The translations under genes and the position numbers were made by a program. A stretch of DNA of 64,000 nucleotides from a virus (lineage: Duplodnaviria > Caudoviricetes): positions 1,161 to 65,160 of the IMG/VR virus record IMGVR_UViG_2821042281_000001. One strand, written 5' to 3'. Each line of letters opens with the position of its first letter. The first letter of the stretch is position 1. The notes below the pieces were generated by a model, which worked only from the letters and a program-made list of their open reading frames with translations, did not search any database and had not been told where the DNA came from. Below, in pieces: positions 46,555-55,181 of this stretch.

Positions 46555-47109
46555 ATGGACCTCAAACTTCAACCGAGTGATTATATTGCTGGTGTTTCTG
46601 CCATCGGAGCCGCTTTAGCGGCGTGCTTCGCGTGGATGTCCGCAAAGCAATCAAAGCGACAGGCAGACGCAGTATTGGGCGACGTGGAGCCAAGTTTTGG
46701 CGCGTATCAGAACCCGCCAGATGAGTATTCAGAGCAAGCTTCATTGAGCATTGAGATTGTCAATCACAATAAGAGGCCACTGCTCATTGAAGAGCTCTCA
46801 TTCGAATACCCTCCGTCGGTGATCATCTTCTCCGATTCAGAGACGTTACGAGGTGTCATTGAGTCTATTTTTGATGCCATGAAGGACGGTCCGCGCATCA
46901 AACGATTTGAAATTCCACTTCGCTTAAGAGGACGTGGGACAAATGAGCAATCGAGCTTACTAACGATACCGATGCGATGTAGCTGGAAGATCGGCGAAGA
47001 ACGGGCACCGATCAACTTCTACGTCAGAGTTCGATACCGGCAGGAAGGCGATCGCGATACGGAAGATGCATACATTGGCGTGCAAATACTGCCTCCGAAA
47101 ATCATTTAA
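46555..47109 (+). CDS. Membrane-anchored moron inserted antisense between exonuclease and helicase
   Basis: N-terminal TM; AT-richer codons. Confidence 0.65.
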   Translation: MDLKLQPSDYIAGVSAIGAALAACFAWMSAKQSKRQADAVLGDVEPSFGAYQNPPDEYSEQASLSIEIVNHNKRPLLIEELSFEYPPSVIIFSDSETLRGVIESIFDAMKDGPRIKRFEIPLRLRGRGTNEQSSLLTIPMRCSWKIGEERAPINFYVRVRYRQEGDRDTEDAYIGVQILPPKII

Positions 47110-48044
47110 CCACCCGCCTCTCCCCTCACTCCATCCACCCAAATCTCACCCGTCGCTAGTCGATAAGTAACGGTCTCCGCAACCTCATCGGCATCGATCT
47201 GCTCGCCATTTATCAGCCCCGGCAGATAGAGGTGAGCCGGGCAGCCGTCTCGCTGCTCGTCGATCGACAATGGCTTGTTCCAGCGAGCGCATGACATGTG
47301 GCAATCGCCACCATGCTCTGGTTGAACATGAAGGCAAGTGCGGCAGTTAACGCGCGGCTGCACGCCTTCATGGCAAACGCCGCGGTGTTTGCAGAACATG
47401 CAGCCGAAGAACTCGGGATCTTCGCTGATACGGCTGGGCGGTTCGTCCGAAAACACGATGCGTTCGCAGCGTGCCAGCAGCCGAAGGCAGAATTCGACGT
47501 CGTATTCGATGCGCTCGGCATAAAGCGTGTCGGTGTTCTTGCACGACGCCAGATACAGGCAGCGCGTCAGGCCGAAAGCCTGCATCCCGAGCTGGCACTG
47601 GGCGTAGTGCAAGGGCTTGGCCTTTTGGCAGCCGTGTTTTTGCAGTTCCTTAATGCCCTTCTCGTTACTCGACTTGAATTCCAGCAGGTGTTCGGTCTTC
47701 GGCGCTTCGGGTACGCCCATTGCCTTGCCGTCGCACTTGCCACGCACGAACCCTGAAACCAGCCGGATTTTGTCCTGCTGCCCGTAGACGTCGACGCCGA
47801 TGCGTTCGAGGTCGGCCACCAAACGATCTTCCTCGATATTGCCAGTGGCGAACAGTCGAAGCTGGCGACCCGAATGAACCTCGTGCGCTGAGACCCAGCG
47901 GAAGCCGTACCACAAGGCGCGATCGCATTCGGTGCCGGCCTCACCCACACTGATACCCCACGAGTCCCAGGACTTAGCCTGGGCCTCGTAAGCAGCGTAG
48001 ATGGCGCGGACGGTGCTGGATTCGGCTTTTGGGAGGGGTGCCAT
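47106..48044 (-). CDS. Cas4-like PD-(D/E)XK exonuclease
   Basis: ECDRALWY, GKCDG, LEFKS, CMFC..C. Confidence 0.88.
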   Translation of the reverse strand: MAPLPKAESSTVRAIYAAYEAQAKSWDSWGISVGEAGTECDRALWYGFRWVSAHEVHSGRQLRLFATGNIEEDRLVADLERIGVDVYGQQDKIRLVSGFVRGKCDGKAMGVPEAPKTEHLLEFKSSNEKGIKELQKHGCQKAKPLHYAQCQLGMQAFGLTRCLYLASCKNTDTLYAERIEYDVEFCLRLLARCERIVFSDEPPSRISEDPEFFGCMFCKHRGVCHEGVQPRVNCRTCLHVQPEHGGDCHMSCARWNKPLSIDEQRDGCPAHLYLPGLINGEQIDADEVAETVTYRLATGEIWVDGVRGEAGG

Positions 48045-48223
48045 TATATTGCGCTCCCTTCCTGCAAATGCTCCACCCACTGTTGCGCCGCTTCCTGCGT
48101 GCTAAACGCACCAGATACGATACGTGAACGCATTCCTTCCGAAGTCGGATATGTCTCGATGACGCGGTATGGCCGTGCGGTGTCCGGCGATACCTGCTTC
48201 ATGACCATGAAGATGCTGTTCAT
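48044..48223 (-). CDS. Small hypothetical protein (59 aa)
   Basis: GGAGG SD; coupled at both ends. Confidence 0.5.
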   Translation of the reverse strand: MNSIFMVMKQVSPDTARPYRVIETYPTSEGMRSRIVSGAFSTQEAAQQWVEHLQEGSAI

Positions 48224-48435
48224 GCTGGGTAGTCCTCCACGGTATGGCCGAGGTGCTCCAGAATGTGCCGGTACACGTCATCTTCTTGGTAAGACACACC
48301 ATCGTAACAGTGGGCGCTTGGCTGCAAATCCAGTACAAGCAGCCCATCGATATAGACGCGCGCGCCTTCAGCCCAAGACGGGCCGCAGGTTTCGCAATCG
48401 TGAGTGTCGCCAAGCCACTCGATGCTGATTTTCAC
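48220..48435 (-). CDS. Small Cys-containing protein
   Basis: DCETCG..AHC; GTGA coupling. Confidence 0.6.
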   Translation of the reverse strand: MKISIEWLGDTHDCETCGPSWAEGARVYIDGLLVLDLQPSAHCYDGVSYQEDDVYRHILEHLGHTVEDYPA

Positions 48436-48611
48436 GTAATCACCTCCAACTCGCGCAACAGACATTTGACGAACGGCATCAGGTTGGACGCCTCGTGGAT
48501 TTCGACTTCGTATTCGCCATCTTCTGAAAACGCGATTTCGGTCACACCTTCATGGCGCAGCGCATATTCAATGGCGTTGAAGATTGCGGTTTCGGGGATT
48601 GTCGCTGCCAT
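48432..48611 (-). CDS. Small hypothetical protein
   Basis: In operon with SD. Confidence 0.55.
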   Translation of the reverse strand: MAATIPETAIFNAIEYALRHEGVTEIAFSEDGEYEVEIHEASNLMPFVKCLLRELEVIT

Positions 48612-48613
48612 GC

Positions 48614-49651
48614 TTAGACCCTCATCGGCATCAGCACGCCAGTCCACTCGCCCTCACCTTTGATGACAGCCGGAGAACCTGCATCGCCGAGAGCAAAGCG
48701 CACATTTGGTTCATCCAACGCGCCAAGCATGTCGTTGACGTAGCGGGCGTTAAAGCCGATTTCCAAAGGCTCGCCTTCAAACTCAATCGAAACTTCGTCG
48801 CTGGCCTTGTCAGCCAGTATCAGCCGCAGCACATCGCCGACGGCGAATTTCACGGCGCGCGATTTGTCGTCCGCTACAGCGGCGACACGTTCGACCGCCT
48901 TCATAAGCGCCTGCCGGTCGACGGTAAGCACATTGCTATTACCGGATGGAATGACGCGCACATAATCAGGGAAAGTGCCGTCGATCAGCTTTGATGTAAT
49001 AACCGTTGAGCCAGACGTGACGCGCACCTTGTTTTGGGAGAGTTCAACCGTAACAGCGCCCTTCGGCAGCAACCCGACCAGCTTGCGCGGCAGGATCACG
49101 CCGTATTCTATGGTGCCTTCCGGCCCTGTGTTGCGCATCAGCCGGTGCCCGTCGGTTGCGACCGCAACCAAACGACCGTCGACAACATGCAGATAGACGC
49201 CATTGAGATAATAGCGGGTTTCTTCCGTCGAAATGCAGTGCACACACGGCGCCACAAGCGCAGCCAGATCGAGCTCGAGCGTCGTGTCGAACTTCCCGGC
49301 GCTGAACGATGGAAAGTCTTCGGCGGGCAAGACATCGAGCTTGTAACGGCTGCGACCAGACGCGACCGTAAGGCGGCCTTCATCCAAGGCAAGAGTAACG
49401 TCACCCGTTGCGCGCTTTGCAATGTCCGCAAGCATCTTGCCGGGCACTGTTACGCTACCCGGCTGGCAGTCGAGCACCGGTAGACTGGTCGTTATCTCCA
49501 CGTCCAGATCGGTCCCGGTCAGGCGCAGTTGGCCGTCCTCAACAGCCAAGAGTACGTTGGTGAGAATGGGGATTGTGTTTCGGCTTTCGATGGCACGGTT
49601 GACGGTAGCCAAGGCGTGCGCGAGCTGTGAGCGGTCAATGCTGACTCTCAT
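48614..49651 (-). CDS. dnaN: Phage-encoded DNA polymerase III beta sliding clamp
   Basis: TIPILTNVLL, GTDLD, ATDGHRL, DGTFPDY, VLMPMRV. Confidence 0.95.
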   Translation of the reverse strand: MRVSIDRSQLAHALATVNRAIESRNTIPILTNVLLAVEDGQLRLTGTDLDVEITTSLPVLDCQPGSVTVPGKMLADIAKRATGDVTLALDEGRLTVASGRSRYKLDVLPAEDFPSFSAGKFDTTLELDLAALVAPCVHCISTEETRYYLNGVYLHVVDGRLVAVATDGHRLMRNTGPEGTIEYGVILPRKLVGLLPKGAVTVELSQNKVRVTSGSTVITSKLIDGTFPDYVRVIPSGNSNVLTVDRQALMKAVERVAAVADDKSRAVKFAVGDVLRLILADKASDEVSIEFEGEPLEIGFNARYVNDMLGALDEPNVRFALGDAGSPAVIKGEGEWTGVLMPMRV

Positions 49652-49676
49652 CAAAGTCTCCTCGTGTGAAGGTTGG

Positions 49677-50093
49677 TTAGTGGCGGTTCTTGGTGAGTCC
49701 GCCAGCGTCGCCACGAAAATCCACGTCTGGCAATATCGACTGCGGCTTGAAGATAACGCGATAGTGGTAGGCGCTCACGTCGGCGCTTTCCAACTGCTCG
49801 ACGAACGCGCTCGTGTTGTCGGACAGCACGAGCGTATGACGCTTGTACGCGCTCGGGCCGGTTTTGCAGATCACATTGAATGCCGTGCCGCCAGAATTCA
49901 GGTCCATGGAGCAGCGGCCTTCTATCGTCAGCATGTAGCTGTCGGTGATACCGTTATAGAAAACCACACGACGGCTGATTTCGAAGTTATCAGCGGCTCG
50001 CTTGATGTTTTCATTGGCCACATTCGCGTCGCTGTTGCAGCCGGCCAGCAAGGCAAGGGCGAGTGCGCCCGCAAGCATCTTCAGCTTGTTCAT
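49677..50093 (-). CDS. Phage lipoprotein
   Basis: Lipobox LAGC; RRVVFYNGITD..IEGRCS. Confidence 0.85.
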   Translation of the reverse strand: MNKLKMLAGALALALLAGCNSDANVANENIKRAADNFEISRRVVFYNGITDSYMLTIEGRCSMDLNSGGTAFNVICKTGPSAYKRHTLVLSDNTSAFVEQLESADVSAYHYRVIFKPQSILPDVDFRGDAGGLTKNRH

Positions 50094-50150
50094 CAAAGTC
50101 TCCTCGTGTTCGGTGGTAGAAGGCGCGGTTGGTGGCCCCGCCTGTTGGGT

Positions 50151-50336
50151 TTAGGCGGCCTTCCGGGCCTTAATCGCTTCATCAGCGAGCAGGCACAGCG
50201 CCATCGCCATATCGGTGTTCATCTGTACTTTGGACCGTTCATATTGACGTGCAACGTCAGTCAATCCGATGACTTCCCCTAGCCCGCCAGTTTCCAGATA
50301 TGCCGTTGCTTCCGCCACATCGTATTCATAAGCCAT
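50151..50336 (-). CDS. Small hypothetical protein
   Basis: ACACGAGGAG leader; ends KAA. Confidence 0.6.
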   Translation of the reverse strand: MAYEYDVAEATAYLETGGLGEVIGLTDVARQYERSKVQMNTDMAMALCLLADEAIKARKAA

Positions 50337-50405
50337 GCGCATCTCCTCGTGTTTGGTTCGGTACGGTGGTTGCTACCGGCGCTTTCGCGCCAGTAGCGGG
50401 TTGGC

Positions 50406-50963
50406 TTAGCCCCAAGGGCGCTTCTTTTGCCCGCCTGCCGCAGCAGCCGCCGGTGCCGGCTTGTTGCTGTTAGCCGCGGCCGGTCGGTTGTCATTGGCCG
50501 GACGGGCCTGCGCTGCAGGCTGGTTGGCGTCGATTGAAGGCTGGGGGACGTTGCCCTCATCGGGGAAGTAGTACTTCTTGATCTCGGCGCGAGCCGGGTA
50601 TTGGCCGTCCTTGGAAGGCTTTCCGAGACCAATCTTTGCCGTAAACGCCTTGAAGTGCAGTTCTTCGGAATCCTCGACTTCCGAGACGCCGATCGCTCGG
50701 CAAAGGCTCGCGAACTGACGCTGGCCGATCTCTTGCGCCTGCGCGTTCTTGTGTTCCAGATTGTAGAAATTGAAGACCTTGCGGCCCTTGTATTCCTCGG
50801 GGCGAAGAACCGTCATCGTTGTCTTGAGGCCGGTTCCGTTCGCGCCTTCCTTGACCTCCGACGCCTCGATTTCCAGTTCATAGTCGCCGTTCGGCAGCTC
50901 TTCGTAGTCCCGCTGCTCCGTATCGTGAGCAGTCGCATCAAATCTGCTGGCTAGTTTTGCCAT
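50406..50963 (-). CDS. DUF669-type ssDNA-binding protein
   Basis: LPNGDYELEI..YKGRKVF; disordered tail ending PWG. Confidence 0.85.
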   Translation of the reverse strand: MAKLASRFDATAHDTEQRDYEELPNGDYELEIEASEVKEGANGTGLKTTMTVLRPEEYKGRKVFNFYNLEHKNAQAQEIGQRQFASLCRAIGVSEVEDSEELHFKAFTAKIGLGKPSKDGQYPARAEIKKYYFPDEGNVPQPSIDANQPAAQARPANDNRPAAANSNKPAPAAAAAGGQKKRPWG

Positions 50964-51006
50964 TTGTCATTTCCTCGTGTTGTTGGTGGTGTGGTAACGG
51001 CGAGGT

Positions 51007-51249
51007 TTAAGCCTTCGCCCGATGGATAGCCGGGCGGAAGAACCCGCCGATGAAACCGAGCGAAGCGCCGATCTGCCACATCGCAAGGCCTGCCGCGTTG
51101 ATGCCAACCGCAGCAAGGAACGCATGGATCGTTTCTGCGAAAAACAGGCCCACGACCCAGCCGACGAACGCGCCACCGAGAACGCCGATGAGCGGTGCGA
51201 AGAAGAGGATGGCTGCGGCAGTGACGATGATAGTAGATAATTTTTCCAT
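51007..51249 (-). CDS. Small membrane protein
   Basis: Hydrophobic; GASLGFIGGFF. Confidence 0.7.
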   Translation of the reverse strand: MEKLSTIIVTAAAILFFAPLIGVLGGAFVGWVVGLFFAETIHAFLAAVGINAAGLAMWQIGASLGFIGGFFRPAIHRAKA

Positions 51250-52034
51250 CAAGCCGCCTCCCTCTGGTCATTGTCGTTCGCAACCGGCCAGAACTTGGCA
51301 ATGTCGGCAAACCCCTGCCCTTTGCGGTAAACGACACTGTCGGGCATCGAATAACGGTTCTTGGCGTTGAACCCCGCCGCCTCGTTGAAGTGCACCTGGC
51401 GCTCCTTCCCGCCCTCGGCGTGGCTAACCTTCGTCTGGCGCGCCACTTCCTTTTCCTTGATGGAGATGCGGTAATTCATGAACGCAACAACATCGGACTT
51501 CTCACGCACCAGGGCATTGGCCCGCTTGTGCAGCTTGGGCTGGTATCGACTGTATGGATCTGTCGTCGGGCTGTCGAAGCGCACGATCTCGGGGTGGGCC
51601 AGCATGACGACATACATGCCCGCTCGGGATAGCGCCGACACGGCGGCCATCAGTTCGTTCCATTCGGTATCAGCTTCCACGTAGCCTTTGCCGAACCCAG
51701 CATCCTCGATGCCATTGATGCCAAGGCGGGCAGCGGTCGCACGCCAAACAAGCGGTTCCAGCCCATCGAGGCTGTCGATAATCACGGTGCGCCGGTCGTG
51801 CTCTTCGGTCAGCAGTTCGCCGATGACGTTTAGCAGATCGTCGAAGGATTCAATCGTGCCAGGAGTTGCCATTTCGATATCAGACGGCGGGCGCTCACCT
51901 TCGGTTGCTAGATAGATCGGGTCCGGGAATTCTGCCGCGAGCGACGTCTTGCCGATGCCGTCGACGCCGTAGAGAAGGATCACAGGCGGATCGTTTCTCT
52001 TGGTCGACTTGAGGCTTGAAAGAGATAGAGCCAT
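51249..52034 (-). CDS. AAA_24/Sak4-like recombination ATPase
   Basis: GVDGIGKT, IIDSLD, AKNRY. Confidence 0.9.
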   Translation of the reverse strand: MALSLSSLKSTKRNDPPVILLYGVDGIGKTSLAAEFPDPIYLATEGERPPSDIEMATPGTIESFDDLLNVIGELLTEEHDRRTVIIDSLDGLEPLVWRATAARLGINGIEDAGFGKGYVEADTEWNELMAAVSALSRAGMYVVMLAHPEIVRFDSPTTDPYSRYQPKLHKRANALVREKSDVVAFMNYRISIKEKEVARQTKVSHAEGGKERQVHFNEAAGFNAKNRYSMPDSVVYRKGQGFADIAKFWPVANDNDQREAA

Positions 52035-52048
52035 AGGTCTCCTCGTGT

Positions 52049-52544
52049 TCAGTAGGTGTGGTGGGTAACGGCGATTGCGGTGATGACGGCCGCAAGAATG
52101 AGCCAGCCTACAAGCCATGCAGGCGGGCTTGTGAGGGCGGCTGCGCAGTTGTCGCGCGGCGGTCTGAGTGGCATCAGTGCGCACCCCACAGATACAGCAG
52201 CCCGTAGAACGGCAGCAGCAGGTTCCAGAACAGGAAAGCTGCAATTGTCGTGGCGATTGCCAGCGCGAACGCTGCAAGCGCCAAGGATTGCCCGATGCGA
52301 CCGACACCGGGCTTTCGCCCGGGATCAATGTGCGGCATGCCAGCCGTGGCTTTTGTGGCGAATGAGATCATGCCAGCACCCATGCGTAGAAGCCGACCGT
52401 CAAGGCGAGCGCAGCTACCACTGCCAAGCCCCAGAGAAAGCGGTCGCCAAGGCCGAGCGTGGTTTCCGGCTCATAGAACGAGTCGCCGTCCACGTAGTCT
52501 TTGGGCGCATAGTTGCGCGTGTGGCTGTACGTGGTGGAGGTCAT
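52049..52544 (-). CDS. Three tandem small single-TM proteins (52368-52544, 52174-52371, 52049-52174)
   Basis: Each has a C-terminal hydrophobic segment and coupled start/stop. Confidence 0.5.
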
Positions 52545-53332
52545 GCGGCCCTCCGAATAACCACATCGGCAATGCGCGAGTCAGCGAGAACGAACACACC
52601 AAACTTCTGGCCCAGATATTTGACGGCAAGTCGTTCAGCCTCGTCGGTGGCGGACTCTTCGCTTATATGAACCTTCGGCTTTTCCGACGGTTTGGGCTGG
52701 CCGTTTTCGATCAGAGCGACGATGGCGGGTTTGGTCGCAGGCGCATTGTCATTGCTGGCTGGATCGTCGACCCATTCGGCGATGAGGTCTCTTTCTGATG
52801 GATTGCCGCCGATATCGAACGCTCCGTCAACTGCCCATGCAGCGTCGGTTTCATCAACAAAGCAGAACTTGCCCAATCGCGGTCGCACCCACCGCATCGG
52901 CCCAACCTTGCGCCCATCGCGGGTACGATAGAATTTGCCGGTCTCGATGGTGAGGGCAGGCGCAAGCTCAAGGTTATCCCAACGCACATACCAGGTATGA
53001 TCGCCTATACGCTCTGTTTCAAACTTCACGTAGCAATCTCGATCGCGCGCATTAACGTCCTCGACAGTGCCGATCTCGTCGGCCCTTGCCCATGGGAGAT
53101 AATCCGAAAGCACTCGCACCCGATCACCCACTTTGAAGTCAGGCTTGCCGGTTGTTTCCGCAGCGGGCACAAATTCGTCTTCATCGCGCGATCTCTCGTC
53201 GCCATCGTTGTCGATGAATTCAACGTACGCGCCATCGATCCCGGTTACCGTGAAAATATCGCCGACGCGATATCCGCCAAGCGGGTCGCGCTGCAGGATC
53301 TTTACCCGATCCCCCACTTTAAACTTAGCCAT
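52541..53332 (-). CDS. Mosaic protein with two FKVGDRV (SH3/KOW-like) repeats
   Basis: Internal repeat; GKFYRTRDGRKVGP. Confidence 0.75.
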   Translation of the reverse strand: MAKFKVGDRVKILQRDPLGGYRVGDIFTVTGIDGAYVEFIDNDGDERSRDEDEFVPAAETTGKPDFKVGDRVRVLSDYLPWARADEIGTVEDVNARDRDCYVKFETERIGDHTWYVRWDNLELAPALTIETGKFYRTRDGRKVGPMRWVRPRLGKFCFVDETDAAWAVDGAFDIGGNPSERDLIAEWVDDPASNDNAPATKPAIVALIENGQPKPSEKPKVHISEESATDEAERLAVKYLGQKFGVFVLADSRIADVVIRRAA

Positions 53333-53634
53333 CACGCTACTCCCCTCGTCTTGGTGTTTTTCGTAAGCTTCACCTTCTTGGTGAAATCGACCGGAATGAC
53401 GTTGTCCTCTTCAGGCTTGTCAGCCTCGACACCGCCGTCATCCTCTTCAAAATCTGGCTCCACTTCGAAGCGCGAGACTTCAAGTTGCACAAGGCCGGTG
53501 CCGGGGATCATGAAACGCACAGTCAGCCAGCGAAAGCTGTCGCGCTCCTCGACAATGATGCCCTTCCATTTCCACAGCTTGTGGACGACGATCTCGCCCG
53601 GAAGATCCCAGCATTCGCCGCAATCGCATGTCAT
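53332..53634 (-). CDS. Hypothetical protein
   Basis: Coupled; DNVIPVDF. Confidence 0.7.
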   Translation of the reverse strand: MTCDCGECWDLPGEIVVHKLWKWKGIIVEERDSFRWLTVRFMIPGTGLVQLEVSRFEVEPDFEEDDGGVEADKPEEDNVIPVDFTKKVKLTKNTKTRGVA

Positions 53635-53765
53635 GCGGCACCTCTTTTCGGTGCGCGGTGGTAAGTGACTGGCGCGCTGGAAACGTAGCGCCCATCGACA
53701 AGACGTGCCGAAGCACGCGCCTCTGCTTTTTGCGCAGCCGTCCGGTAAGGCTTGCGGTTTGTCAT
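53631..53765 (-). CDS. 44-aa basic peptide (not in ORF track)
   Basis: MTNRKPYRTAAQKAEARASARL..KRGAA; ATGA coupling. Confidence 0.5.
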   Translation of the reverse strand: MTNRKPYRTAAQKAEARASARLVDGRYVSSAPVTYHRAPKRGAA

Positions 53766-53868
53766 GTCCCGCTCGCCCGTTCGTGTATATTTCGTTTTCA
53801 AGATTGCCTCCTCGTCGGGAGGTTAATCGTCGGCCCCGTCATCCTCGCGGTCGGCCCGCCTCGCAAGG

Positions 53869-54153
53869 CTAGTGGACTGTGCCTGTATATGGACCGTCCA
53901 GAATGGTTATGCGGGGCAGCGAGACATAGATGTCCATGCAACCTCCCGAATAACCGCCGTTATAAGTTGTGCGGCGCACAACGGTCTTCTCTGTTGGCTC
54001 TGGCGCCGGGAGCGTGGGCGATCTTTCCGAAAGCAGCGACCAGGCGTGCCCTCTTGTGATCCCCATCAATTCCGCGATCTGCCCAAATGACGCGCCCTTC
54101 TTACGGTGCGCGGCGGCAGTTGCCTGCAGTTCGTGCCTTGATGAATGCTGCAT
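53869..54153 (-). CDS. HTH DNA-binding protein
   Basis: GASFGQIAELMGITRG. Confidence 0.75.
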   Translation of the reverse strand: MQHSSRHELQATAAAHRKKGASFGQIAELMGITRGHAWSLLSERSPTLPAPEPTEKTVVRRTTYNGGYSGGCMDIYVSLPRITILDGPYTGTVH

Positions 54154-54336
54154 GTCTCCTCGTGTGTGGTTGGTGGTGGTTGACAAGTGCCGTGTCTAAC
54201 GGCATCTGTCTGGTCGCGCGGGGTGGTACCTGCGAAGGAAATCGCGGCGTAGAAGCGGCTTCGGCCCTCCTCGTGTTAACCGCGACGTACGGGCAGGCTG
54301 GGGTAACGGGTGGTGCCGACCCATAACAGCCTGCTT

Positions 54337-55179
54337 TTAATTGGCCGTCTTATACTGCGACCAGATAATCGCGGCGAATTCCTGCCGATCAGTTTCGTCT
54401 AGCGCGGCCCATGCATCCCAGAACGCTTGACGCTTTCTGTCTTTGTTTGATGCCACTGCTTTTGCGGCGCCCTCGGCAATAATCTCAAGTGCCTTATCGG
54501 CGGTTATTGGCTTGGGCTCCGGCGCTGGGCGTGCGCTGACCTTTTCGCCCCGCTCTGCTCGGCTGATAAGGTTTTCGCGTTCTTCGTCAGGCAGACCAAT
54601 GAGCGCATCCATTTCGACGCCCTTGTCTAGGCTAGTGCCCACGATGCGTTGAATGTCATGGCCGAGTTTTTCGGCGCGAGATATTTTTTGGGCTATTTGT
54701 GATTTGCCATTTCCTGTCAAAGAAGCAATCTCACGCGCAAAGTCACCCGTTTTTGGGCGCCCCATACTTTTGTCCGAATTCCGGACAAAAGTCTCTCTGC
54801 GCATTTCTTCCCAAATAGGCTTCCGCCGAGCAATGTGCGATGCCTCTTCGGCTGGCGACAGTTCCGAACGGGCCAGATTCTCGTCGATTTCCATGAGCTC
54901 GGCATGAAGATCGTCAACGTCATGAACGACGCATTCTACATATTCTTCGCCGTTCATTTTGAGTGCCGCTAAGCGGTGACGGCCATAAATCAAAACCGCC
55001 ACCCCATCGCATAACTCTCCGTCATCCATGACGATTTCGTCACGGATACAGACCGCCGGCGGGTTCATTAGTCCGACTTCGGCAATGCTCTTCGCAATCT
55101 CTGCAACTTTAGCTCCATCAGCATTACGATGGCGATTGCCGATAAATATGTCGTCAATGAATAACCGCCGACGTTCCAT
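54337..55179 (-). CDS. ParB/Srx N-terminal domain protein
   Basis: SIAEVGLMNP..YGRHRLAA..EIDENLARSELS. Confidence 0.88.
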   Translation of the reverse strand: MERRRLFIDDIFIGNRHRNADGAKVAEIAKSIAEVGLMNPPAVCIRDEIVMDDGELCDGVAVLIYGRHRLAALKMNGEEYVECVVHDVDDLHAELMEIDENLARSELSPAEEASHIARRKPIWEEMRRETFVRNSDKSMGRPKTGDFAREIASLTGNGKSQIAQKISRAEKLGHDIQRIVGTSLDKGVEMDALIGLPDEERENLISRAERGEKVSARPAPEPKPITADKALEIIAEGAAKAVASNKDRKRQAFWDAWAALDETDRQEFAAIIWSQYKTAN

Positions 55180-55181
55180 AG

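Noticed and set aside
47106-48044. Cas4-like gene as evidence of CRISPR-Cas
   Set aside because: No repeat-spacer array or other cas genes; it sits in the standard phage recombination module
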